Origin: Candidatus Fermentibacterota bacterium
GTDB lineage: Bacteria > JAFGKV01
Assembly (NCBI GenBank): GCA_016928395.1
Contig: JAFGKV010000245.1
Coordinates: 1 to 34,772 of the forward strand
Direction: 5' to 3'
DNA: 34,772 nt
Positions 25,977-34,772 of the stretch are shown one piece after another; the first letter of the stretch is position 1; each line of letters starts with the position of its first letter. A program made the position numbers and the translations under genes. Under the pieces are notes generated by a model. It was not told the DNA's origin and did no database searches. It saw nothing but the letters and a program-made list of their open reading frames with translations.

Positions 25977-27966
25977 GCGTGTCTACGTAGTCGTCCACGC
26001 TCCGGCTCGTGATGGGGTGGTGGCGGCCCTGCAGGATGCGGCTTTGGTCCATCTTGAGCAATTGGACGAGGGGGAACGCGACCAGAGGGCCGAACCTCTG
26101 GAGGTGGACACCCGCGACTTGGACCGGCGTATGGGCGATTTGGATGCCGCACTAGACTACCTCGGCCGGTATGCGCCCTCGGAGTCTTCGAGGGCGGCCC
26201 CCGTGTCTCGCGACGAATTCCTCGACCTCTCTCGCGATTCCAGCGTTGATGCTACGCTGGCCGAGACTCGGAAAATCCAGGGCGAGCTTGCGGAGCTCGA
26301 TGTCCGGGAAACTCGGCTCAGAGCTGCCATAGGGCATGTGCAACCGTGGCGTGCTCTTCCGGTTCCTCTCGAGTGGCTCAGATCAACGCCCACGACGACG
26401 ATTCTGTGTGGTTCACTCCCGTCTCGATCCGTTGCGACTCTTCGGGCGGCCCTATCCGAGCAGGGTACGGCATGGATCATGGAGGAGGTCTCTGCTGAGA
26501 GCGGAAAGACCAATGTCGTGCTCGCGGATCTCGTCGACGATCCGCCTGACGCCGAGCGTCTGCTCCGGGAGGCAGGGTACCAGCCCATGCTGTTCCCGGC
26601 ATCCCGCGGCACCGTGGCCGAGGTGATCCAGAGCCTGCAGCGCGAGGGCGAGTCTCTGGCCAAAGAACGGGAGACGCTGAAGACCCGGGTGACTGCCCTG
26701 GCCCTGGAACGTGTGAAGCTCATGGCGGCATACGATGACGCGTGGATCCTGCGCCAGCGGCTCGAGGGGCTTCGGGCGGCATCAAAGACCCGGGAATCTG
26801 TGATCATCGCGGGGTGGGCCAAGGCGAACGACGTGGCGCGGATATCCGCACTGGTGGAACGGGAGGGCGATGCCGCGGTGCTGGCGCGGGATCCGCTGCC
26901 CGGCGAAGAGCCGCCCGTTGTCCTCCGCAACGCGCCCTTGGTTGCCCCGTGCCAGGCAGTCACGGGCTTGTACGGCATGCCCAAGTATCAAGAGATCGAT
27001 CCCACACCCCTGCTGGCGCCCTTCTTCGTGGCGTGCTTCGGCATCGCCGTCGGAGAGGCCGGCTACGGTATCATCCTGGCGGTGCTGTCCAAGCTGGCGA
27101 AACGATTCATGAAGCTGTCTGAAGGCAGCGCGCGCTTCATGGACCTAATGTTCTACTGCGGCATCGCGACCTTTGTGGCGGGCATGCTCATGGGAAGCTT
27201 CTTTGCCATCGACTTCGCGAGTCTGCCGCCATCGCTGGCTGGGCTGGCTACCCTCCACGATCGGTTGATTCTGCTTGATCCGCTGAAGCAACCCCTGCCG
27301 TTCCTGGGATTCGTATTGGCGCTGGGGTTTCTGCAGGTGTGGACAGGCGTGCTCATCGGTGGAGTGGTGCAGTGGCGCTCGGGCGACCGACTGCGGGCAG
27401 TGCTCTACAGCGGTGGGTGGATGGCTCTGCTGCCTCTCACGGCAGTGCTGCTTATCCGGCCCGTCGTGGCCGGGATTCCTCTTCGATACCCGTGGATGGC
27501 GGCGGCGGCATCTGTGTTCGTCGGCGCGGGGCTGGGCGCATCCTCCGTGGGCGGCCGAATCGGGTCAGGGCTCTTCGCCCTGTACGGCATTACCGGCTTC
27601 TTCGGCGATGTGTTGTCGTATTCACGGCTATTTGCCCTGGGGCTGGCAACCGGCGTCATGGCTAGCGTCATCAACATCCTCGCGGCCCAGGCGAAGAACA
27701 TCCCCGTGGTGGGCTGGGGCATCATGGCGCTGATCCTCGTGGTGGGTCACCCGGCAAATCTCGCCATCAATGCCTTGGGCGCCTTCGTCCACAGCGCCCG
27801 GCTTCAATTCGTTGAGTTCTTCACCAAGTTCTTTGAAGGAGGCGGGCGCCGGTTCGAACCCTTTGCCCGCAGGTTCCGCTACATACAGGTGGCCCATGGC
27901 AAGGATACGCCCGGAATGGTACGGCAACACCGCGAAGGCGGTAGCATTAGCGAAAGGAGCATTTGA
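25957..27966 (+). CDS. ntpI: V/A-type ATPase subunit I (a)
   Basis: YGMPKYQEIDPTP, DVLSYSRLFALGL and HSARLQFVEFFTKFFEGGG motifs. Confidence 0.95.
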   Translation: MAVQQLKRVYVVVHAPARDGVVAALQDAALVHLEQLDEGERDQRAEPLEVDTRDLDRRMGDLDAALDYLGRYAPSESSRAAPVSRDEFLDLSRDSSVDATLAETRKIQGELAELDVRETRLRAAIGHVQPWRALPVPLEWLRSTPTTTILCGSLPSRSVATLRAALSEQGTAWIMEEVSAESGKTNVVLADLVDDPPDAERLLREAGYQPMLFPASRGTVAEVIQSLQREGESLAKERETLKTRVTALALERVKLMAAYDDAWILRQRLEGLRAASKTRESVIIAGWAKANDVARISALVEREGDAAVLARDPLPGEEPPVVLRNAPLVAPCQAVTGLYGMPKYQEIDPTPLLAPFFVACFGIAVGEAGYGIILAVLSKLAKRFMKLSEGSARFMDLMFYCGIATFVAGMLMGSFFAIDFASLPPSLAGLATLHDRLILLDPLKQPLPFLGFVLALGFLQVWTGVLIGGVVQWRSGDRLRAVLYSGGWMALLPLTAVLLIRPVVAGIPLRYPWMAAAASVFVGAGLGASSVGGRIGSGLFALYGITGFFGDVLSYSRLFALGLATGVMASVINILAAQAKNIPVVGWGIMALILVVGHPANLAINALGAFVHSARLQFVEFFTKFFEGGGRRFEPFARRFRYIQVAHGKDTPGMVRQHREGGSISERSI

Positions 27967-28439
27967 TGGACGGGCTGTCACTCTCACTCCTGGGGGCAGC
28001 GATCGCAGTCATGCTGGCAGGGTTCGGGTCGGTGATCGGTGTCGCCCTCGCCGGCCAGGCTAGCACCGCGGTGATCGGCGAGGACCCGCAGAAGTTCGGC
28101 AAGGTGATCCTGCTCACAGCCCTCCCCGGGACACAGGGGATCTACGGCTTCGTGATAGGGTTTCTGGTTTTGCTCAAGCTCCAGATCATAGGCGGCACGC
28201 CCCCTCCGATCACCACCATCCAGGGCTGGTACATCCTCTTCTCATGTCTGCCCGTGGCCCTGGCCGGCTTCCTGAGTGCCGTGCACCAAGGCAAGGTGTG
28301 CGCCGCGGGTGTGCAGATGACAGCGAAGAGGGCCGAGGAATCGGGCAAGGCCATCATCCTTGGCGTGTTCGTCGAGACCTATGCAGTGCTCGGATTTCTC
28401 GCCAGCTTCCTGATGACCAGCGGAGTGACGTTCGGATAG
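27966..28439 (+). CDS. ntpK: V/A-type ATPase rotor subunit K (c), 4-TM, Na+-type ligands
   Basis: EDPQKFGK, LPGTQGIYG, HQG and VETYAVLG; TGATG overlap with subunit I. Confidence 0.95.
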   Translation: MDGLSLSLLGAAIAVMLAGFGSVIGVALAGQASTAVIGEDPQKFGKVILLTALPGTQGIYGFVIGFLVLLKLQIIGGTPPPITTIQGWYILFSCLPVALAGFLSAVHQGKVCAAGVQMTAKRAEESGKAIILGVFVETYAVLGFLASFLMTSGVTFG

Positions 28440-28445
28440 CCGTTC

Positions 28446-29048
28446 ATGGCACTGGAAGACATCACACGCCGGATCGTTTCTGCCGCGCAGCAGGAGGCTG
28501 ACGCCCTCCTGAGCCAGGCACAGCAGCGGGCGGACGACCTGAAGAGGGAGGCGGCTGAACGCCTCGCCCACGAGATCGTCTCAGCCGAGCAACGTGCGGT
28601 GGAAGAGGCAGCCGCGCGTCATGCCCGCCTGACCGCTACCGCGCAACTGGAGGGGCGCAAGCAGGAGTTGGCGGCCCGACGCGCCCTCGTCTCTTCCGCG
28701 GTGGATCAAGCCCTGGCGCGCCTCGCCAAGGCTGACGAGGAAACCTATGCCGCGTTCCTCCTGGGGATCCTCCTGCAAGCCCCATTCGAGGGCGAAGCGG
28801 ATATCCTGGTCTCCGCCAAGGATCGCGATCTCCTGCAACGCAGGCTTTCCCACTTCCAACGCGAGTTGGATCGGGCCGGACGAGGCCTCACGCTTCGGCC
28901 CTCACCTGAGACCCGTGAGATCGATGGCGGGTTCGTGTTGCGGCAGGGGCGCATCGAGTACAATGCGTCATTGGCGGCCATCAAACGATTCCGTGAGCAT
29001 GATCTGCGGGCTGCCGCCAATGAGGCACTCTTCGGAGAAGATGCGTGA
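28446..29048 (+). CDS. ntpE: V/A-type ATPase subunit E
   Basis: N-terminal coiled coil, IDGGFVL...IEYNAS motif and operon position. Confidence 0.9.
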   Translation: MALEDITRRIVSAAQQEADALLSQAQQRADDLKREAAERLAHEIVSAEQRAVEEAAARHARLTATAQLEGRKQELAARRALVSSAVDQALARLAKADEETYAAFLLGILLQAPFEGEADILVSAKDRDLLQRRLSHFQRELDRAGRGLTLRPSPETREIDGGFVLRQGRIEYNASLAAIKRFREHDLRAAANEALFGEDA

Positions 29049-30067
29049 CCCCTTCCTTGCTGTGGATTCCTCCCGATGATCTGCGCTATGCCCATGGCGT
29101 GTCCCTTGTGCGGGCCATGGAGTGGACCCTGCTCTCCCGCAAGACCCTGGATGCCATGGCCCGGGCCGACGACGCCGCCGAGGCCCTGGAGGAGTTGAGT
29201 GAAACGCACTACGCCAGCTTCATGACACCGGGGCAACACGTGGCCGATTTCGAGCTCATCCTGAGCCGCGCCCTGGAGAGTGCCTACCTTCTGTTCCGGC
29301 GACTTGTGCTCGACCCCGACCTTGAACAGGGCGCCTTGCGCCTCCATGACTTCCACAACTTGAAGGCGATGTTGAAAGCGAATCTCGAAGGCAGTGAGCC
29401 CGTGGGGATCGTTCCCTTTGGCCTGGTGGATGCCCGGTGCATCCGTGATGCAGTGGAGGGAAGAGACTACCAGGGGCTGCCTTTGGATCTCGCCGCTGTA
29501 GCGCGGCAGGCCTTAGGATCGTACCAGATCTCCCGCGATCCCAGGCTCTTGGAGGTCATCATCGATACCGCCGCCGTCGCAGCTCGCGTTTCATCCTTCG
29601 CAGGCCTGAACACACAGGTTCTGCCCGACTATGCGGTGCTCCTGGCCGATACCACCAATATCCGCACAGTGGTACGCATGGGCCGTTCGAACCAGGATCC
29701 TTCGTTGTTTGATCTGGCCTGCATACCAGGGGGGTCACTGCCGGTTGACTCGTTGCGACTCTCGCTCGGTAAGAGGGCAACTCTGGGGGAAGTCTACTCG
29801 ATGACGCCGTATGCCAAGGCCGTACGTGAGGGCTTGGCATATCTCCAGGAGAAGAACTCCTACGCAGTGCTGGATCGGGAGCTGGAGAATCTTCTTATTG
29901 GCACGCTCAGAGAGACGAGATTCGTGTTCTTCAGCCCTGCTCCCATTGTGGCGTTCCTCCTGGCCCGGGAACATGAGGTGCGCATGATCCGCCTCGTCAT
30001 GGTTGCCAAGATCAACCGAATCCCCGCCGAGCTTATCGCGGCGAGGCTACCGATGCTGTATGCCTGA
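29045..30067 (+). CDS. ntpC: V/A-type ATPase subunit C
   Basis: DFHNLKAMLK, NIRTVVR and EHEVRMIRLV...RLPMLY motifs; operon position. Confidence 0.9.
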   Translation: MTPSLLWIPPDDLRYAHGVSLVRAMEWTLLSRKTLDAMARADDAAEALEELSETHYASFMTPGQHVADFELILSRALESAYLLFRRLVLDPDLEQGALRLHDFHNLKAMLKANLEGSEPVGIVPFGLVDARCIRDAVEGRDYQGLPLDLAAVARQALGSYQISRDPRLLEVIIDTAAVAARVSSFAGLNTQVLPDYAVLLADTTNIRTVVRMGRSNQDPSLFDLACIPGGSLPVDSLRLSLGKRATLGEVYSMTPYAKAVREGLAYLQEKNSYAVLDRELENLLIGTLRETRFVFFSPAPIVAFLLAREHEVRMIRLVMVAKINRIPAELIAARLPMLYA

Positions 30068-30416
30068 CGGAATGGCGTTTCTGGGCAGCAGCGACAGCGT
30101 CAAAGGTTTCACGCCTTTGGGGGTCGCGCCCTACCCGGTCCATGACCGGGAGTCCGCCCTTCAGGCTCTTCGCGGCTGCGTGAGGGAGGGCTATGCCATC
30201 GTGTGTGTAACCGAGGAGATTGCCGAGCTTCTGGAGCCTGAGCTTAAGGCTTTGCGGTTCCAGCCCACTCCCGCTGTCTTGGTCGTACCCTCGATGACGG
30301 GTTCCACCGGCTTGGGACTCCGCAGACTGAAGACCCTCGTTGAGAAAGCGGTTGGCGCCGACATTCTCTCCCGGGAAGGCCCTGCGCAAGGCGCAGGCGA
30401 GGCTAAGAGGGACTAG
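30060..30416 (+). CDS. V/A-type ATPase subunit F
   Basis: FLGSSDSVKGF, YAIVCVTE and VEKAVGADIL motifs. Confidence 0.9.
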   Translation: MPDGMAFLGSSDSVKGFTPLGVAPYPVHDRESALQALRGCVREGYAIVCVTEEIAELLEPELKALRFQPTPAVLVVPSMTGSTGLGLRRLKTLVEKAVGADILSREGPAQGAGEAKRD

Positions 30417-32213
30417 ATGAAACAAGGTGTAGTCGAAAAGGTATCGGGCCCCTTGGTGGTCGCCCAGGGACTTCTGGACGCGAAGATGTATGACGTGGTG
30501 CTGGTCAGCGACCACCGCCTGGTGGGCGAGGTCATCGAGCTTCGGGGCGAGAAGGCCTCTATCCAGGTCTACGAGGAAACCGGCGGTCTTGGCCCCGGAG
30601 AGCCGGTGTACAGCACGGGGGCGCCGTTGTCGGTGGAACTGGGGCCGGGGTTGATCGAATCCATCTACGACGGCATCCAGCGCCCGCTGGATGCCATCCG
30701 GGCTGCCACGGGCGACCTGATTCACCGCGGTGTGTCGGCACCGGCCTTGAATCGGGAAAAGAAATGGGAGTTTGTGCCCACCGCAAAGATCGGAACCGAG
30801 GTGCACGGTGGCGACGTCTTGGGCACGGTGCAGGAAACCGACCTGGTGGCACAGAAGATCATGGTGCCTCCCGGTGTCGAAGGCACGCTGGCCGCCTTGG
30901 AACAGGGCTCCTTCACCGTCGAGGAGCCCATCGGGGCTGTGAAGACGGCGGACGGCAGTGAGCTGGCGCTTCTCCTCATGCATCGCTGGCCCGTACGCCG
31001 CAGCAGGCCCTATGTGCGCAAGATCTCGCCCTCGATGCCCTTGGTGACGGGCCAGCGGGTCATCGATGCGTTCTTTCCGTTGGGTAAGGGTGGCACCGGA
31101 TGTGTTCCCGGCCCGTTCGGCTCAGGCAAGACCGTGATTCAGCATCAGCTCGCCAAATGGGCTGACGCGGATATCATCGTCTATGTCGGCTGCGGCGAGC
31201 GGGGCAATGAGATGACCGACGTGCTCATGGAGTTCCCGGAGCTGGTGGATCCGAAGAGCGGCAAGCCCCTCATACGGCGGACCGTGCTCATCGCCAATAC
31301 CTCCAATATGCCCGTGGCGGCCCGGGAGGCCTCGGTGTATACGGGAATCACCATTGCCGAGTACTTCCGCGATATGGGCTACTCGGTGGCCGTCATGGCT
31401 GACTCCACCTCCCGTTGGGCCGAGGCTATGCGCGAGATGTCGGGCCGGCTCGAAGAAATGCCCGGCGAGGAAGGCTACCCCGCCTACCTCGGTACCAGGA
31501 TCGCGGAGTTTTATGAACGGGCCGGCCGGGTTATCTGTGCAGGCTCCGAGGGTCGCGAGGGAGCCCTCTCGGTCGTAGGCGCGGTGTCTCCTCCCGGGGG
31601 TGACCTGTCGGATCCGGTGGTGCAGGCGACACTGCGGGTCGTCAAGGTCTTCTGGAGTCTGGAGGACAAGCTGGCCTACAAACGGCACTTCCCCGCCATC
31701 AACTGGCTGACCAGCTACTCCCTTTACACGAGGAATCTCGACTCACACCTGCGTGAGACTCTTGGTGACGAATGGATCGCCATGCGCGATGCCGCGATTG
31801 CCTTGCTGCAGAAGGAAGCGGAACTCGAGGAGATCGCCAGGCTTGTGGGTGTCGAGTCGCTTTCGGCGGGTGACCGCCTGATTCTGGAGACCGCACGGTC
31901 CATCCGGGAAGACTTCCTCCACCAGAATGCATTCCACGAAGAGGATACCTACACCTCATTGGATAAGCAGAAGGCACTCCTCTCGCTCATCATGCATCTG
32001 GACGGGCGCATGAAAGAGGCTCTGGAAAGGAAGGTCGATCCGCTTGTCCTGTTCGCGGTCAAGGTGCGGGAGCGCATCGCCCGGGCTAAGTTCATGCCGG
32101 AGCGGGATCTGGGTGCCGTACTCGCCATCAAGGATGAGATCGATCAGGAAGTTGACGGGCTCATTGCTTCAGTGACCGCGGATATCCTCCCGACCACAGC
32201 GGAGAAGACATGA
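30417..32213 (+). CDS. ntpA: V/A-type ATPase catalytic subunit A
   Basis: GPFGSGKT Walker [20 protein letters not shown] and EEGYPAYL motifs. Confidence 0.97.
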   Translation: MKQGVVEKVSGPLVVAQGLLDAKMYDVVLVSDHRLVGEVIELRGEKASIQVYEETGGLGPGEPVYSTGAPLSVELGPGLIESIYDGIQRPLDAIRAATGDLIHRGVSAPALNREKKWEFVPTAKIGTEVHGGDVLGTVQETDLVAQKIMVPPGVEGTLAALEQGSFTVEEPIGAVKTADGSELALLLMHRWPVRRSRPYVRKISPSMPLVTGQRVIDAFFPLGKGGTGCVPGPFGSGKTVIQHQLAKWADADIIVYVGCGERGNEMTDVLMEFPELVDPKSGKPLIRRTVLIANTSNMPVAAREASVYTGITIAEYFRDMGYSVAVMADSTSRWAEAMREMSGRLEEMPGEEGYPAYLGTRIAEFYERAGRVICAGSEGREGALSVVGAVSPPGGDLSDPVVQATLRVVKVFWSLEDKLAYKRHFPAINWLTSYSLYTRNLDSHLRETLGDEWIAMRDAAIALLQKEAELEEIARLVGVESLSAGDRLILETARSIREDFLHQNAFHEEDTYTSLDKQKALLSLIMHLDGRMKEALERKVDPLVLFAVKVRERIARAKFMPERDLGAVLAIKDEIDQEVDGLIASVTADILPTTAEKT

Positions 32214-33589
32214 TCAAGGAGTACCTCACCACATCCGAAGTCGTTGGGCCCCTCATGCTCGTGGAGCAGGTACAGGGGGTGAAGTACGAAGAACTGGTCG
32301 AGATCGAGTTGCCCAGCGGCGAGATCCGCCGGGGCAAGGTGCTGGAAGTAGACCAGGACCGTGCTCTGATCCAACTGTTCGAGGGCTCCTGGGGGGTCGA
32401 CGTGCCCAATAGCCGGGTCCGCTTCCTGGGCCGTGGCATCGAGATCGGCGTGTCTCCCGACATCCTTGGGCGGGCCTTCGACGGGCAGGGTCGCCCCGTA
32501 GACGGCGGCCCCGAGCTGATCCCGGACGCCAGGCTTGACATCAATGGAAGCCCCATCAACCCCTGTGCCCGCGACTACCCGTCCGAGTTCATTCAGACCG
32601 GCTTCTCCTGCATCGATGGTCTGAACACGTTGGTTCGGGGGCAGAAACTGCCGATCTTCTCCGGCTCGGGACTTCCCCATCCCCAGATGGCTGCGCAGAT
32701 CGCACGCCAGGCCAAGGTGCTGGGCAAGACCGAGAGCTTCGCCGTGGTGTTCGCCGCCATGGGAATCACCTTCGAGGAGGCTGATTACTTCCTCTCCGAC
32801 TTCCGCCGTACCGGCGCCATTGAGCGGGCGGTGCTGTTCCTCAATCTGGCCAATGATCCCGCTATTGAGCGTATCTCCACTCCTCGCATGGCCCTTACGG
32901 TCGCGGAGTACCTAGCGTTTCAGTTAGACATGCATGTGCTGGTGATTCTGACCGACATGACCAACTACTGTGAGGCGCTGCGCGAGATAAGTGCGGCCCG
33001 CAAGGAGGTGCCGGGGCGCCGGGGTTACCCGGGCTATTTGTACACAGATCTTGCGACCATCTATGAGCGGGCCGGCAGGATCAAAGGCAAGAAGGGCTCA
33101 ATCACACAGATACCGGTACTTTCCATGCCGGAGGATGACAAGACGCACCCCATCGCCGATCTCACCGGCTATATCACCGAGGGTCAGATCATTATGTCGC
33201 GGCAGATGCACAAGCGAGGCATCTATCCTCCCGTAGACGTTATGCAGTCACTGTCGCGTTTAAAGGACAAGGGCATCGGTGACGGCAAGACCAGGGAAGA
33301 CCATTCGGATGGGTTCAACCAGCTCTTCGCGGCATATGCGCGAGGCAAGGAAGCCCACGAGCTGGCGGTTATCCTCGGCGAAGCGGCCTTGAGCGAACTG
33401 GACGGCGCGTATTTCCGCTTTTCTGATGAGTTTGAGGAGCGTTACATACAGCAGGGGACGGAGGAAGACCGGACCATCGTCGAGACTCTGGATCTGGGGT
33501 GGGAGTTGCTTCGCACGTTGCCGGCCAGTGAGATGAAGCGCGTACGCGAGCGATTTCTCAAGAAGTATTTCCTGCAGGAAGCCGAATAG
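32210..33589 (+). CDS. ntpB: V/A-type ATPase subunit B
   Basis: [29 protein letters not shown] and [10 protein letters not shown] motifs. Confidence 0.97.
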   Translation: MIKEYLTTSEVVGPLMLVEQVQGVKYEELVEIELPSGEIRRGKVLEVDQDRALIQLFEGSWGVDVPNSRVRFLGRGIEIGVSPDILGRAFDGQGRPVDGGPELIPDARLDINGSPINPCARDYPSEFIQTGFSCIDGLNTLVRGQKLPIFSGSGLPHPQMAAQIARQAKVLGKTESFAVVFAAMGITFEEADYFLSDFRRTGAIERAVLFLNLANDPAIERISTPRMALTVAEYLAFQLDMHVLVILTDMTNYCEALREISAARKEVPGRRGYPGYLYTDLATIYERAGRIKGKKGSITQIPVLSMPEDDKTHPIADLTGYITEGQIIMSRQMHKRGIYPPVDVMQSLSRLKDKGIGDGKTREDHSDGFNQLFAAYARGKEAHELAVILGEAALSELDGAYFRFSDEFEERYIQQGTEEDRTIVETLDLGWELLRTLPASEMKRVRERFLKKYFLQEAE

Positions 33590-33601
33590 GAGGCAGCCGC
33601 G

Positions 33602-34243
33602 GTGGCCAGGCTCGCGGTCAATGCAACCCGAATGGAGCTCTTGCGGCTGCGAAAGCGCGTTGCTTTGGCGCGCCGGGGGCACAAGCTCCTGAAAGACAAG
33701 CAAGATGAGCTCATGAGGCGGTTTCTGGAGCTGCTGGCACGTACCCAGGAGCTTCGGCGCCAGGTGGAGGACGGCTTGGCCCGGGCACACTGGAGTTTCT
33801 CCTATGCCTCCGCCACCATGTCGCCGGAGATCATGGATGTGGCGTTCCTTCTCTCCCCGGCCGAGCTCACCATCGAGACATCTACCGTGCCCGTCCTGAA
33901 CCTGCGGACACCACGGTTCGAGCTGAAGAGCGAAGGCTCGACCCATGGGTATGGATTCGCCTTCACCTCGGGGGCGCTGGACATCGCCTTGGAGCAGTAT
34001 CAGGCGATTCTTCCCGCCATGGTAGAGCTTGCCGAACGGGAGAAAGGTCTGGAGATGCTCTCCGAGCAGATCGAGAAGACGCGGCGCAGGGTCAATGCTC
34101 TGGAGTATGTGCTGATCCCTAATTTGGTGGAGACCATACGGTATATCACCCTCAGGCTGTCCGAGATGGAACGCGGAGACTTGACTCGCATCATGAAGGT
34201 CAAGTCGATGCTGGAGGCCGCGCGAAGCGCCCGAGATAGCTGA
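33602..34243 (+). CDS. ntpD: V/A-type ATPase subunit D
   Basis: ATRMEL, RGHKLLKDKQDEL and KTRRRVNALE motifs; GGAGG SD before GTG. Confidence 0.96.
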   Translation: MARLAVNATRMELLRLRKRVALARRGHKLLKDKQDELMRRFLELLARTQELRRQVEDGLARAHWSFSYASATMSPEIMDVAFLLSPAELTIETSTVPVLNLRTPRFELKSEGSTHGYGFAFTSGALDIALEQYQAILPAMVELAEREKGLEMLSEQIEKTRRRVNALEYVLIPNLVETIRYITLRLSEMERGDLTRIMKVKSMLEAARSARDS

Positions 34244-34772
34244 TGCTTCTCCAGGTCTTCTGCCTCGCCCTGCTCATCGGAATCAGTGGCGATTCCGTGG
34301 TCGGCCTCTGGCAGACCATCGATGATGAGACAGGCGAGCCCAAGGCGATCGTGGAGATCGACCTGCGCGACGGGCTGCTGTACGGGCGCATAGCCCGGCT
34401 GTATCCGGAGGAAGGTGACGACGTGGATCCCCTCTGCGACAAGTGCCCCGATGAGCGCAGGGACAAGCCCATCATTGGCATGACCATCATCGACGGCCTG
34501 CGACGAAAGGGCGAGAGGTGGGGCGCCGGCACAATACTCGACCCCGAGAAGGGAAAGCTCTACGCCTGCCAGCTGTGGCGGGAGGATGAGGTGCTGCGGG
34601 TTCGGGGTTCCGTTTTCATCTTCCACCGCACCCAGACCTGGATTCGGGCGCCGTCCGAGGACGACTCCGAAGAGGCGCTCCCCGCTCTAGCCCGGATATT
34701 TCATGAGGGGTTGGGATCGGGGGTAAAAGAGGGGTGGAGCCTGGCCAGACGAGACCGAGCCGCGATCGCCTC
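34243..34772 (+). CDS. DUF2147 domain secreted protein (3'-partial; absent from the ORF track because it has no stop in the window)
   Basis: Manual translation from ATG 34243: MLLQVFCLALLIGISGDSVVGLWQTIDDETGEPKAIVEI...CDKC...KPIIGM...GTILDPEKGKLY...LRVRG...RTQTWIR, the DUF2147 pattern. Confidence 0.85.
   Translation, partial: MLLQVFCLALLIGISGDSVVGLWQTIDDETGEPKAIVEIDLRDGLLYGRIARLYPEEGDDVDPLCDKCPDERRDKPIIGMTIIDGLRRKGERWGAGTILDPEKGKLYACQLWREDEVLRVRGSVFIFHRTQTWIRAPSEDDSEEALPALARIFHEGLGSGVKEGWSLARRDRAAIA

Overview
GC-rich chromosomal window from a diderm bacterium (lgt and a probable outer-membrane beta-barrel are present). It is probably an anaerobe, given the W/Mo aldehyde:ferredoxin oxidoreductase, the two-subunit Fe-S fumarase and a V-type ATPase with Na+ ligands. 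Left to right: (1) a repeat/structure-rich stretch with a REP-like cruciform, a ~165-nt base-paired element, octamer repeats and a decayed DUF418 gene; (2) a 1,103-aa lipoprotein with about 8 Ig-like repeats, an FnIII-like domain and a C-terminal SGNH esterase; (3) a putative outer-membrane protein; (4) a minus-strand cluster: radical SAM/SPASM - GT2 - [polyferredoxin - AOR] - GT-C (ArnT/PMT-like) - flippase-like - SGNH - hotdog thioesterase; (5) an Fpg/Nei glycosylase and fumarase alpha/beta; (6) tRNA-Ser(GCT) heading mreB-mreC-mreD-mrdA-rodA-lgt-comF; (7) a complete V/A-ATPase operon (G/H-I-K-E-C-F-A-B-D) followed by a translationally coupled DUF2147 gene that runs off the window. The best candidate for an undescribed system is the radical SAM plus glycosyl-transfer cluster with an embedded ferredoxin-AOR pair. 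No CRISPR array, intact transposase or prophage was seen. All family calls come from motif recognition by eye, not from database searches.
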